Below, piece by piece: positions 25,266-40,500 of a stretch of DNA of 64,000 bases. A program made the translations under genes and the position numbers. Each line of letters begins with the position of its first letter. Positions within the stretch are counted from its first letter, which is position 1. The stretch lies in contig OZ059898.1 of NCBI GenBank assembly GCA_964057225.1, forward strand, positions 930,001-994,000, in the 5' to 3' direction. The stretch is from Auanema rhodensis (lineage: Eukaryota > Animalia > Nematoda). The notes below the pieces were generated by a model. It saw nothing but the letters and a program-made list of their open reading frames with translations, ran no database searches and was not told the DNA's origin.

Positions 25266-28200
25266 ACACTAATGCATCATTTTTCAAACGATCATAACTA
25301 ATTTTTGTATTAAGCGTTTCTCAATGTAGTATAGTGCATTCGATGCGGATTTTTAAGCTGCGTCGATCTGTGTTATCAGATTTGCGCTAGCTTAAAAATG
25401 CACCGAGATATCAACTGATATAAGTTCACACTTATATCCTCGATTTTCACCCTGAAGAATTAATTTTTTTGTTGAATAACATTGTCCATCGTCTTTGCCT
25501 TGAAAAAAGGAATCTAAAAACATGTACTTTTTGCTAAATTATTTTGAAATTTTCCGAAAAAATTTTTGTCAAAATGTTTTTGGAAGCAATGTTGAGTGTA
25601 CATAGAAACTCAACATACACTAATGCATCATTTTTCAAACGATCATAACTAATTTTTGTATTAAGCGTTTCTCAATGTCGTATAGTGCATTCGATGCGGA
25701 TTTTTAAGCTGCGTCGATCTGTGTTATCAGATTTGCGCTAGCTTAAAAATACACCGAGATATCAACTGATATAAGTTCACACTTATATCCTCGATTTTCA
25801 CCCTGAAGAATTAATTTTTTTGTTGAATAACATTGTCCATCGTCTTTGCCTTGAAAAAAGGAATCTAAAAACATGTACTTTTTGCTAAATTATTTTGAAA
25901 TTTTCCGAAAAAATTTTTGTCAAAATGTTTTTGGAAGCAATGTTGAGTGTACATAGAAACTCAACATACACTAATGCATCATTTTTCAAACGATCATAAC
26001 TAATTTTTGTATTAAGCGTTTCTCAATGTCGTATAGTGCATTCGATGCGGATTTTTAAGCTGCGTCGATCTGTGTTATCAGATTTGCGCTAGCTTAAAAA
26101 TACACCGAGATATCAACTGATATAAGTTCACACTTATATCCTCGATTTTCACCCTGAAGAATTAATTTTTTCGTTGAATAACATTGTCCATCGTCTTTGC
26201 CTTGAAAAAAGGAATCTAAAAACATGTACTTTTTGCTAAATTATTTTGAAATTTTCCGAAAAAATTTTTGTCAAAATGTTTTTGGAAGCAATGTTGAGTG
26301 TACATGGAAACTCAACATACACTAATGCATCATTTTTCAAACGATCATAACTAATTTTTGTATTAAGCGTTTCTCAATGTAGTATAGTGCATTCGATGCG
26401 GATTTTTAAGCTGCGTCGATCTGTGTTATCAGATTTGCGCTAGCTTAAAAATGCACCGAGATATCAACTGATATAAGTTCACACTTATATCCTCGATTTT
26501 CACCCTGAAGAATTAATTTTTTCGTTGAATAACATTGTCCATCGTCTTTGCCTTGAAAAAAGGAATCTAAAAACATCTACTTTTTGCTAAATTATTTTGA
26601 AATTTTCCGAAAAAATTTTTGTCAAAATGTTTTTGGAAGCAATGTTGAGTGTACATAGAAACTCAACATACACTAATGCATCATTTTTCAAACGATCATA
26701 ACTAATTTTTGTATTAAGCGTTTCTCAATGTCGTATAGTGCATTCGATGCGGATTTTTAAGCTGCGTCGATCTGTGTTATCAGATTTGCGCTAGCTTAAA
26801 AATACACCGAGATATCAACTGATATAAGTTCACACTTATATCCTCGATTTTCACCCTGAAGAATTAATTTTTTCGTTGAATAACATTGTCCATCGTCTTT
26901 GCCTTGAAAAAAGGAATCTAAAAACATGTACTTTTTGCTAAATTATTTTGAAATTTTCCGAAAAAATTTTTGTCAAAATGTTTTTGGAAGCAATGTTGAG
27001 TGTACATGGAAACTCAACATACACTAATGCATCATTTTTCAAACGATCATAACTAATTTTTGTATTAAGCGTTTCTCAATGTAGTATAGTGCATTCGATG
27101 CGGATTTTTAAGCTGCGTCGATCTGTGTTATCAGATTTGCGCTAGCTTAAAAATGCACCGAGATATCAACTGATATAAGTTCACACTTATATCCTCGATT
27201 TTCACCCTGAAGAATTAATTTTTTCGTTGAATAACATTGTCCATCGTCTTTGCCTTGAAAAAAGGAATCTAAAAACATCTACTTTTTGCTAAATTATTTC
27301 GAAATTTTTCGAAAAAATTTTTGTCAAAATGTTTTTGGAAGCAATGTTGAGTGTACATGGAAACTCAACATACACTAATGCATCATTTTTCAAACGATCA
27401 TAACTAATTTTTGTATTAAGCGTTTCTCAATGTAGTATAGTGCATTCGATGCGGATTTTTAAGCTGCGTCGATCTGTGTTATCAGATTTGCGCTAGCTTA
27501 AAAATGCACCGAGATATCAACTGATATAAGTTCACACTTATATCCTCGATTTTCACCCTGAAGAATTAATTTTTTCGTTGAATAACATTGTCCATCGTCT
27601 TTGCCTTGAAAAAAGGAATCTAAAAACATCTACTTTTTGCTAAATTATTTTGAAATTTTTCGAAAAAATTTTTGTCAAAATGTTTTTGGAAGCAATGTTG
27701 AGTGTACATGGAAACTCAACATACACTAATGCATCATTTTTCAAACGATCATAACTAATTTTTGTATTAAGCGTTTCTCAATGTAGTATAGTGCATTGGA
27801 TGCGGATTTTTAAGCTGCGTCGATCTGTGTTATCAGATTTGCGCTAGCTTAAAAATGCACCGAGATATCAACTGATATAAGTTCACACTTATATCCTCGA
27901 TTTTCACCCTGAAGAATCAATTTTTTCGTTGAATAACATTGTCCATCGTCTTTGCCTTGAAAAAAGGAATCTAAAAACATCTACTTTTTGCCAAATTATT
28001 TTGAAATTTTTCGAAAAAATTTTTGTCAAAATGTTTTTGGAAGCAATGTTGAGTGTACATGGAAACTCAACATACACTAATGCATCATTTTTCAAACGAT
28101 CATAACTAATTTTTGTATTAAGCGTTTCTCAATGTAGTATAGTGCATTCGATGCGGATTTTTAAGCTGCGTCGATCTGTGTTATCAGATTTGCGCTAGCT

Positions 28201-30179
28201 TAAAAATGCACCGAGATATCAACTGATATAAGTTCACACTTATATCCTCGATTTTCACCCTGAAGAATTAATTTTTTTGTTGAATAACATTGTCCATCGT
28301 CTTTGCCTTGAAAAAAGGAATCTAAAAACATCTACTTTTTGCTAAATTATTTTGAAATTTTTCGAAAAAAGTTTTGTCAAAATGTTTTTGGAAGCAATGT
28401 TGAGTGTACATGGAAACTCAACATACACTAATGCATCATTTTTCAAACGATCATAACTAATTTTTGTATTAAGCGTTTCTCAATGTAGTATAGTGCATTC
28501 GATGCGGATTTTTAAGCTGCGTCGATCTGTGTTATCAGATTTGCGCTAGCTTAAAAATGCACCGAGATATCAACTGATATAAGTTCACACTTATATCCTC
28601 GATTTTCACCCTGAAGAATTAATTTTTTCGTTGAATAACATTGTCCATCGTCTTTGCCTTGAAAAAAGGAATCTAAAAACATCTACTTTTTGCTAAATTA
28701 TTTTGAAATTTTTCGAAAAAATTTTTGTCAAAATGTTTTTGGAAGCAATGTTGAGTGTACATGGAAACTCAACATACACTAATGCATCATTTTTCAAACG
28801 ATCATAACTAATTTTTGTATTAAGCGTTTCTCAATGTAGTATAGTGCATTCGATGCGGATTTGTAAGCTGCGTCGATCTGTGTTATCAGATTTGCGCTAG
28901 CTTAAAAATGCACCGAGATATCAACTGATATAAGTTCACACTTATATCCTCGATTTTCACCCTGAAGAATTAATTTTTTCGTTGAATAACATTGTCCATC
29001 GTCTTTGCCTTGAAAAAAGGAATCTAAAAACATCTACTTTTTGCTAAATTATTTTGAAATTTTTCGAAAAAATTTTTGTCAAAATGTTTTTGGAAGCAAT
29101 GTTGAGTGTACATGGAAACTCAACATACACTAATGCATCATTTTTCAAACGATCATAACTAATTTTTGTATTAAGCGTTTCTCAATGTAGTATAGTGCAT
29201 TCGATGCGGATTTTTAAGCTGCGTCGATCTGTGTTATCAGATTTGCGCTAGCTTAAAAATGCACCGAGATATCAACTGATATAAGTTCACACTTATATCC
29301 TCGATTTTCACCCTGAAGAATTAATTTTTTCGTTGAATAACATTGTCCATCGTCTTTGCCTTGAAAAAAGGAATCTAAAAACATCTACTTTTTGCTAAAT
29401 TATTTTGAAATTTTTCGAAAAAATTTTTGTCAAAATGTTTTTGGAAGCAATGTTGAGTGTACATGGAAACTCAACATACACTAATGCATCATTTTTCAAA
29501 CGATCATAACTAATTTTTGTATTAAGCGTTTCTCAATGTAGTATAGTGCATTCGATGCGGATTTTTAAGCTGCGTCGATCTGTGTTATCAGATTTGCGCT
29601 AGCTTAAAAATGCACCGAGATATCAACTGATATAAGTTCACACTTATATCCTCGATTTTCACCCTGAAGAATTAATTTTTTCGTTGAATAACATTGTCCA
29701 TCGTCTTTGCCTTGAAAAAAGGAATCTAAAAACATCTACTTTTTGCTAAATTATTTTGAAATTTTTCGAAAAAATTTTTGTCAAAATGTTTTTGGAAGCA
29801 ATGTTGAGTGTACATGGAAACTCAACATACACTAATGCATCATTTTTCAAACGATCATAACTAATTTTTGTATTAAGCGTTTCTCAATGTAGTATAGTGC
29901 ATTCGATGCGGATTTTTAAGCTGCGTCGATCTGTGTTATCAGATTTGCGCTAGCTTAAAAATGCACCGAGATATCAACTGATATAAGTTCACACTTATAT
30001 CCTCGATTTTCACCCTGAAGAATTAATTTTTTCGTTGAATAACATTGTCCATCGTCTTTGCCTTGAAAAAAGGAATCTAAAAACATCTACTTTTTGCTAA
30101 ATTATTTTGAAATTTTTCGAAAAAATTTTTGTCAAAATGTTTTTGGAAGCAATGTTGAGTGTACATGGAAACTCAACAT

Positions 30180-33100
30180 ACACTAATGCATCATTTTTCA
30201 AACGATCATAACTAATTTTTGTATTAAGCGTTTCTCAATGTAGTATAGTGCATTCGATGCGGATTTTTAAGCTGCGTCGATCTGTGTTATCAGATTTGCG
30301 CTAGCTTAAAAATGCACCGAGATATCAACTGATATAAGTTCACACTTATATCCTCGATTTTCACCCTGAAGAATTACTTTTTTTGTTGAATAACATTGTC
30401 CATCGTCTTTGCCTTGAAAAAAGGAATCTAAAAACATGTACTTTTTGCTAAATTATTTTGAAATTTTCCGAAAAAATTTTTGTCAAAATGTTTTTGGAAG
30501 CAATGTTGAGTGTACATAGAAACTCAACATACACTAATGCATCATTTTTCAAACGATCATAACTAATTTTTGTATTAAGCGTTTCTCAATGTCGTATAGT
30601 GCATTCGATGCGGATTTTTAAGCTGCGTCGATCTGTGTTATCAGATTTGCGCTAGCTTAAAAATACACCGAGATATCAACTGATATAAGTTCACACTTAT
30701 ATCCTCGATTTTCACCCTGAAGAATTAATTTTTTTGTTGAATAACATTGTCCATCGTCTTTGCCTTGAAAAAAGGAATTTAAAAACATCTACTTTTTGCT
30801 AAATTATTTTGAAATTTTTCGAAAAAATTTTTGTCAAAATGTTTTTGGAAGCAATGTTGAGTGTACATGGAAACTCAACATACACTAATGCATCATTTTT
30901 CAAACGATCATAACTAATTTTTGTATCGAGCGTTTCTCAATGTAGTATAGTGCATTCGATGCGGATTTTTAAGCTGCGTCGATCTGTGTTTTCAGATTTG
31001 CGCTAGCTTAAAAATGCACCGAGATATCAACTGATATAAGTTCACACTTATATCCTCGATTTTCACCCTGAAGAATTAATTTTTTCGTTGAATAACATTG
31101 TCCATCGTCTTTGCCTTGAAAAAAGGAATCTAAAAACATCTACTTTTTGCTAAATTATTTTGAAATTTTTCGAAAAAATTTTTGTCAAAATGTTTTTGGA
31201 AGCAATGTTGAGTGTACATGGAAACTCAACATACACTAATGCATCATTTTTCAAACGATCATAACTAATTTTTGTATTAAGCGTTTCTCAATGTAGTATA
31301 GTGCATTCGATGCGGATTTTTAAGCTGCGTCGATCTGTGTTATCAGATTTGCGCTAGCTTAAAAATGCACCGAGATATCAACTGATATAAGTTCACACTT
31401 ATATCCTCGATTTTCACCCTGAAGAATTAATTTTTTCGTTGAATAACATTGTCCATCGTCTTTGCCTTGAAAAAAGGAATCTAAAAACATCTACTTTTTG
31501 CTAAATTATTTTGAAATTTTTCGAAAAAATTTTTGTCAAAATGTTTTTGGAAGCAATGTTGAGTGTACATGGAAACTCAACATACACTAATGCATCATTT
31601 TTCAAACGATCATAACTAATTTTTGTATTAAGCGTTTCTCAATGTAGTATAGTGCATTCGATGCGGATTTTTAAGCTGCGTCGATCTGTGTTATCAGATT
31701 TGCGCTAGCTTAAAAATGCACCGAGATATCAACTGATATAAGTTCACACTTATATCCTCGATTTTCACCCTGAAGAATTAATTTTTTCGTTGAATAACAT
31801 TGTCCATCGTCTTTGCCTTGAAAAAAGGAATCTAAAAACATCTACTTTTTGCTAAATTATTTTGAAATTTTTCGAAAAAATTTTTGTCAAAATGTTTTTG
31901 GAAGCAATGTTGAGTGTACATGGAAACTCAACATACACTAATGCATCATTTTTCAAACGATCATAACTAATTTTTGTATTAAGCGTTTCTCAATGTAGTA
32001 TAGTGCATTCGATGCGGATTTTTAAGCTGCGTCGATCTGTGTTATCAGATTTGCGCTAGCTTAAAAATGCACCGAGATATCAACTGATATAAGTTCACAC
32101 TTATATCCTCGATTTTCACCCTGAAGATTTAATTTTTTCGTTGAATAACATTGTCCATCGTCTTTGCCTTGAAAAAAGGAATCTAAAAACATCTACTTTT
32201 TGCTAAATTATTTTGAAATTTTTCGAAAAAATTTTTGTCAAAATGTTTTTGGAAGCAATGTTGAGTGTACATGGAAACTCAACATACACTAATGCATCAT
32301 TTTTCAAACGATCATAACTAATTTTTGTATTAAGCGTTTCTCAATGTAGTATAGTGCATTCGATGCGGATTTTTAAGCTGCGTCGATCTGTGTTATCAGA
32401 TTTGCGCTAGCTTAAAAATGCACCGAGATATCAACTGATATAAGTTCACACTTATATCCTCGATTTTCACCCTGAAGAATTAATTTTTTCGTTGAATAAC
32501 ATTGTCCATCGTCTTTGCCTTGAAAAAAGGAATCTAAAAACATCTACTTTTTGCTAAATTATTTTGAAATTTTTCGAAAAAATTTTTGTCAAAATGTTTT
32601 TGGAAGCAATGTTGAGTGTACATGGAAACTCAACATACACTAATGCATCATTTTTCAAACGATCATAACTAATTTTTGTATTAAGCGTTTCTCAATGTAG
32701 TATAGTGCATTCGATGCGGATTTTTAAGCTGCGTCGATCTGTGTTATCAGATTTGCGCTAGCTTAAAAATGCACCGAGATATCAACTGATATAAGTTCAC
32801 ACTTATATCCTCGATTTTCACCCTGAAGAATTACTTTTTTTGTTGAATAACATTGTCCATCGTCTTTGCCTTGAAAAAAGGAATCTAAAAACATGTACTT
32901 TTTGCTAAATTATTTTGAAATTTTCCGAAAAAATTTTTGTCAAAATGTTTTTGGAAGCAATGTTGAGTGTACATAGAAACTCAACATACACTAATGCATC
33001 ATTTTTCAAACGATCATAACTAATTTTTGTATTAAGCGTTTCTCAATGTCGTATAGTGCATTCGATGCGGATTTTTAAGCTGCGTCGATCTGTGTTATCA

Positions 33101-34146
33101 GATTTGCGCTAGCTTAAAAATACACCGAGATATCAACTGATATAAGTTCACACTTATATCCTCGATTTTCACCCTGAAGAATTAATTTTTTTGTTGAATA
33201 ACATTGTCCATCGTCTTTGCCTTGAAAAAAGGAATTTAAAAACATCTACTTTTTGCTAAATTATTTTGAAATTTTTCGAAAAAATTTTTGTCAAAATGTT
33301 TTTGGAAGCAATGTTGAGTGTACATGGAAACTCAACATACACTAATGCATCATTTTTCAAACGATCATAACTAATTTTTGTATCGAGCGTTTCTCAATGT
33401 AGTATAGTGCATTCGATGCGGATTTTTAAGCTGCGTCGATCTGTGTTTTCAGATTTGCGCTAGCTTAAAAATGCACCGAGATATCAACTGATATAAGTTC
33501 ACACTTATATCCTCGATTTTCACCCTGAAGAATTAATTTTTTCGTTGAATAACATTGTCCATCGTCTTTGCCTTGAAAAAAGGAATCTAAAAACATCTAC
33601 TTTTTGCTAAATTATTTTGAAATTTTTCGAAAAAATTTTTGTCAAAATGTTTTTGGAAGCAATGTTGAGTGTACATGGAAACTCAACATACACTAATGCA
33701 TCATTTTTCAAACGATCATAACTAATTTTTGTATTAAGCGTTTCTCAATGTAGTATAGTGCATTCGATGCGGATTTTTAAGCTGCGTCGATCTGTGTTAT
33801 CAGATTTGCGCTAGCTTAAAAATGCACCGAGATATCAACTGATATAAGTTCACACTTATATCCTCGATTTTCACCCTGAAGAATTAATTTTTTCGTTGAA
33901 TAACATTGTCCATCGTCTTTGCCTTGAAAAAAGGAATCTAAAAACATCTACTTTTTGCTAAATTATTTTGAAATTTTTCGAAAAAATTTTTGTCAAAATG
34001 TTTTTGGAAGCAATGTTGAGTGTACATGGAAACTCAACATACACTAATGCATCATTTTTCAAACGATCATAACTAATTTTTGTATTAAGCGTTTCTCAAT
34101 GTAGTATAGTGCATTCGATGCGGATTTTTAAGCTGCGTCGATCTGT
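30180..34146 (+). repeat. 7-monomer (2457-bp period) higher-order duplication (limits approximate)
   Basis: Paired variants at +2457: 30377/32834, 30665/33122, 30779/33236, 30927-8/33384-5, 30991/33448. Confidence 0.9.
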
Positions 34147-37100
34147 TTTATCAGATTTGCGCTAGCTTAAAAATGCACCGAGATATCAACTGATATAAGT
34201 TCACACTTATATCCTCGATTTTCACCCTGAAGAATTAATTTTTTCGTTGAATAACATTGTCCATCGTCTTTGCCTTGAAAAAAGGAATCTAAAAACATCT
34301 ACTTTTTGCTAAATTATTTTGAAATTTTTCGAAAAAATTTTTGTCAAAATGTTTTTGGAAGCAATGTTGAGTGTACATGGAAACTCAACATACACTAATG
34401 CATCATTTTTCAAACGATCATAACTAATTTTTGTATTAAGCGTTTCTCAATGTAGTATAGTGCATTCGATGCGGATTTTTAAGCTGCGTCGATCTGTGTT
34501 ATCAGATTTGCGCTAGCTTAAAAATGCACCGAGATATCAACTGATATAAGTTCACACTTATATCCTCGATTTTCACCCTGAAGAATTAATTTTTTCGTTG
34601 AATAACATTGTCCATCGTCTTTGCCTTGAAAAAAGGAATCTAAAAACATCTACTTTTTGCTAAATTATTTTGAAATTTTTCGAAAAAATTTTTGTCAAAA
34701 TGTTTTTGGAAGCAATGTTGAGTGTACATGGAAACTCAACATACACTAATGCATCATTTTTCAAACGATCATAACTAATTTTTGTATTAAGCGTTTCTCA
34801 ATGTAGTATAGTGCATTCGATGCGGATTTTTAAGCTGCGTCGATCTGTGTTATCAGATTTGCGCTAGCTTAAAAATGCACCGAGATATCAACTGATATAA
34901 GTTCACACTTATATCCTCGATTTTCACCCTGAAGAATTAATTTTTTCGTTGAATAACATTGTCCATCGTCTTTGCCTTGAAAAAAGGAATCTAAAAACAT
35001 CTACTTTTTGCTAAATTATTTTGAAATTTTTCGAAAAAATTTTTGTCAAAATGTTTTTGGAAGCAATGTTGAGTGTACATGGAAACTCAACATACACTAA
35101 TGCATCATTTTTCAAACGATCATAACTAATTTTTGTATTAAGCGTTTCTCAATGTAGTATAGTGCATTCGATGCGGATTTTTAAGCTGCGTCGATCTGTG
35201 TTATCAGATTTGCGCTAGCTTAAAAATGCACCGAGATATTAACTGATATAAGTTCACACTTATATCCTCGATTTTCACCCTGAAGAATTAATTTTTTCGT
35301 TGAATAACATTGTCCATCGTCTTTGCCTTGAAAAAAGGAATCTAAAAACATCTACTTTTTGCTAAATTATTTTGAAATTTTTCGAAAAAATTTTTGTCAA
35401 AATGTTTTTGGAAGCAATGTTGAGTGTACATGGAAACTCAACATACACTAATGCATCATTTTTCAAACGATCATAACTAATTTTTGTATTAAGCGTTTCT
35501 CAATGTAGTATAGTGCATTCGATGCGGATTTTTAAGCTGCGTCGATCTGTGTTATCAGATTTGCGCTAGCTTAAAAATGCACCGAGATATTAACTGATAT
35601 AAGTTCACACTTATATCCTCGATTTTCACCCTGAAGAATTAATTTTTTCGTTGAATAACATTGTCCATCGTCTTTGCCTTGAAAAAAGGAATCTAAAAAC
35701 ATCTACTTTTTGCTAAATTATTTTGAAATTTTTCGAAAAAATTTTTGTCAAAATGTTTTTGGAAGCAATGTTGAGTGTACATGGAAACTCAACATACACT
35801 AATGCATCATTTTTCAAACGATCATAACTAATTTTTGTATTAAGCGTTTCTCAATGTAGTATAGTGCATTCGATGCGGATTTTTAAGCTGCGTCGATCTG
35901 TTTTATCAGATTTGCGCTAGCTTAAAAATGCACCGAGATATCAACTGATATAAGTTCACACTTATATCCTCGATTTTCACCCTGAAGAATTAATTTTTTC
36001 GTTGAATAACATTGTCCATCGTCTTTGCCTTGAAAAAAGGAATCTAAAAACATCTACTTTTTGCTAAATTATTTTGAAATTTTTCGAAAAAATTTTTGTC
36101 AAAATGTTTTTGGAAGCAATGTTGAGTGTACATGGAAACTCAACATACACTAATGCATCATTTTTCAAACGATCATAACTAATTTTTGTATTAAGCGTTT
36201 CTCAATGTAGTATAGTGCATTCGATGCGGATTTTTAAGCTGCGTCGATCTGTGTTATCAGATTTGCGCTAGCTTAAAAATGCACCGAGATATCAACTGAT
36301 ATAAGTTCACACTTATATCCTCGATTTTCACCCTGAAGAATTAATTTTTTCGTTGAATAACATTGTCCATCGTCTTTGCCTTGAAAAAAGGAATCTAAAA
36401 ACATCTACTTTTTGCTAAATTATTTTGAAATTTTTCGAAAAAATTTTTGTCAAAATGTTTTTGGAAGCAATGTTGAGTGTACATGGAAACTCAACATACA
36501 CTAATGCATCATTTTTCAAACGATCATAACTAATTTTTGTATTAAGCGTTTCTCAATGTAGTATAGTGCATTCGATGCGGATTTTTAAGCTGCGTCGATC
36601 TGTGTTATCAGATTTGCGCTAGCTTAAAAATGCACCGAGATATCAACTGATATAAGTTCACACTTATATCCTCGATTTTCACCCTGAAGAATTAATTTTT
36701 TTGTTGAATAACATTGTCCATCGTCTTTGCCTTGAAAAAAGGAATCTAAAAACATCTACTTTTTGCTAAATTATTTTGAAATTTTTCGAAAAAATTTTTG
36801 TCAAAATGTTTTTGGAAGCAATGTTGAGTGTACATGGAAACTCAACATACACTAATGCATCATTTTTCAAACGATCATAACTAATTTTTGTATTAAGCGT
36901 TTCTCAATGTAGTATAGTGCATTCGATGCGGATTTTTAAGCTGCGTCGATCTGTGTTATCAGATTTGCGCTAGCTTAAAAATGCACCGAGATATCAACTG
37001 ATATAAGTTCACACTTATATCCTCGATTTTCACCCTGAAGAATTAATTTTTTCGTTGAATAACATTGTCCATCGTCTTTGCCTTGAAAAAAGGAATCTAA

Positions 37101-37550
37101 AAACATCTACTTTTTGCTAAATTATTTTGAAATTTTTCGAAAAAATTTTTGTCAAAATGTTTTTGGAAGCAATGTTGAGTGTACATGGAAACTCAACATA
37201 CACTAATGCATCATTTTTCAAACGATCATAACTAATTTTTGTATTAAGCGTTTCTCAATGTAGTATAGTGCATTCGATGCGGATTTTTAAGCTGCGTCGA
37301 TCTGTGTTATCAGATTTGCGCTAGCTTAAAAATGCACCGAGATATCAACTGATATAAGTTCACACTTATATCCTCGATTTTCACCCTGAAGAATTGATTT
37401 TTTCGTTGAATAACATTGTCCATCGTCTTTGCCTTGAAAAAAGGAATCTAAAAACATCTACTTTTTGCTAAATTATTTTGAAATTTTTCGAAAAAATTTT
37501 TGTCAAAATGTTTTTGGAAGCAATGTTGAGTGTACATGGAAACTCAACAT

Positions 37551-40500
37551 ACACTAATGCATCATTTTTCAAACGATCATAACTAATTTTTGTATTAAGC
37601 GTTTCTCAATGTAGTATAGTGCATTCGATGCGGATTTTTAAGCTGCGTCGATCTGTGTTATCAAATTTGCGCTAGCTTAAAAATGCACCGAGATATCAAC
37701 TGATATAAGTTCACACTTATATCCTCGATTTTCACCCTGAAGAATTAATTTTTTCGTTGAATAACATTGTCCATCGTCTTTGCCTTGAAAAAAGGAATCT
37801 AAAAACATCTACTTTTTGCCAAATTATTTTGAAATTTTTCGAAAAAATTTTTGTCAAAATGTTTTTGGAAGCAATGTTGAGTGTACATGGAAACTCAACA
37901 TACACTAATGCATCATTTTTCAAACGATCATAACTAATTTTTGTATTAAGCGTTTCTCAATGTAGTATAGTGCATTCGATGCGGATTTTCAAGCTGCGTC
38001 GATCTGTGTTATCAGATTTGCGCTAGCTTAAAAATGCACCGAGATATCAACTGATATAAGTTCACACTTATATCCTCGATTTTCACCCTGAAGAATTAAT
38101 TTTTTCGTTGAATAACATTGTCCATCGTCTTTGCTTTGAAAAAAGGAATCTAAAAACATCTACTTTTTGCCAAATTATTTTGAAATTTTTCGAAAAAATT
38201 TTTGTCAAAATGTTTTTGGAAGCAATGTTGAGTGTACATGGAAACTCAACATACACTAATGCATCATTTTTCAAACGATCATAACTAATTTTTGTATTAA
38301 GCGTTTCTCAATGTAGTATAGTGCATTCGATGCGGATTTTTAAGCTGCGTCGATCTGTGTTATCAGATTTGCGCTAGCTTAAAAATGCACCGAGATATCA
38401 ACTGATATAAGTTCACACTTATATCCTCGATTTTCACCCTGAAGAATTAATTTTTTCGTTGAATAACATTGTCCATCGTCTTTGCCTTGAAAAAAGGAAT
38501 CTAAAAACATCTACTTTTTGCTAAATTATTTTGAAATTTTTCGAAAAAATTTTTGTCAAAATGTTTTTGGAAGCAATGTTGAGTGTACATGGAAACTCAA
38601 CATACACTAATGCATCATTTTTCAAACGATCATAACTAATTTTTGTATTAAGCGTTTCTCAATGTAGTATAGTGCATTCGATGCGGATTTTTAAGCTGCG
38701 TCGATCTGTGTTATCAGATTTGCGCTAGCTTAAAAATGCACCGAGATATCAACTGATATAAGTTCACACTTATATCCTCGATTTTCACCCTGAAGAATTA
38801 ATTTTTTCGTTGAATAACATTGTCCATCGTCTTTGCCTTGAAAAAAGGAATCTAAAAACATCTACTTTTTGCTAAATTATTTTGAAATTTTTCGAAAAAA
38901 TTTTTGTCAAAATGTTTTTGGAAGCAATGTTGAGTGTACATGGAAACTCAACATACACTAATGCATCATTTTTCAAACGATCATAACTAATTTTTGTATT
39001 AAGCGTTTCTCAATGTAGTATAGTGCATTCGATGCGGATTTTTAAGCTGCGTCGATCTGTGTTATCAGATTTGCGCTAGCTTAAAAATGCACCGAGATAT
39101 CAACTGATATAAGTTCACACTTATATCCTCGATTTTCACCCTGAAGAATTAATTTTTTCGTTGAATAACATTGTCCATCGTCTTTGTCTTGAAAAACGGA
39201 ATCTAAAAACATCTACTTTTTGCCAAATTATTTTGAAATTTTTCGAAAAAATTTTTGTCAAAATGTTTTTGGAAGCAATGTTGAGTGTACATGGAAACTC
39301 AACATACACTAATGCATCATTTTTCAAACGATCATAACTAATTTTTGTATTAAGCGTTTCTCAATGTAGTATAGTGCATTCGATGCGGATTTTTAAGCTG
39401 CGTCGATCTGTGTTATCAGATTTACGCTAGCTTAAAAATGCACCGAGATATCAACTGATATAAGTTCACACTTATATCCTCGATTTTCACCCTGAAGAAT
39501 TAATTTTTTTGTTGAATAACATTGTCCATCGTCTTTGCCTTGAAAAAAGGAATCTAAAAACATCTACTTTTTGCTAAATTATTTTGAAATTTTTCGAAAA
39601 AATTTTTGTCAAAATGTTTTTGGAAGCAATGTTGAGTGTACATGGAAACTCAACATACACTAATGCATCATTTTTCAAACGATCATAACTAATTTTTGTA
39701 TTAAGCGTTTCTCAATGTAGTATAGTGCATTCGATGCGGATTTTTAAGCTGCGTCGATCTGTGTTATCAGATTTGCGCTAGCTTAAAAATGCACCGAGAT
39801 ATCAACTGATATAAGTTCACACTTATATCCTCGATTTTCACCCTGAAGAATTAATTTTTTCGTTGAATAACATTGTCCATCGTCTTTGCCTTGAAAAAAG
39901 GAATCTAAAAACATCTACTTTTTGCTAAATTATTTTGAAATTTTTCGAAAAAATTTTTGTCAAAATGTTTTTGGAAGCAATGTTGAGTGTACATGGAAAC
40001 TCAACATACACTAATGCATCATTTTTCAAACGATCATAACTAATTTTTGTATTAAGCGTTTCTCAATGTAGTATAGTGCATTCGATGCGGATTTTTAAGC
40101 TGCGTCGATCTGTGTTATCAGATTTGCGCTAGCTTAAAAATGCACCGAGATATCAACTGATATAAGTTCACACTTATATCCTCGATTTTCACCCTGAAGA
40201 ATTAATTTTTTCGTTGAATAACATTGTCCATCGTCTTTGCCTTGAAAAAAGGAATCTAAAAACATCTACTTTTTGCTAAATTATTTTGAAATTTTTCGAA
40301 AAAATTTTTGTCAAAATGTTTTTGGAAGCAATGTTGAGTGTACATGGAAACTCAACATACACTAATGCATCATTTTTCAAACGATCATAACTAATTTTTG
40401 TATTAAGCGTTTCTCAATGTAGTATAGTGCATTCGATGCGGATTTTTAAGCTGCGTCGATCTGTGTTATCAGATTTGCGCTAGCTTAAAAATGCACCGAG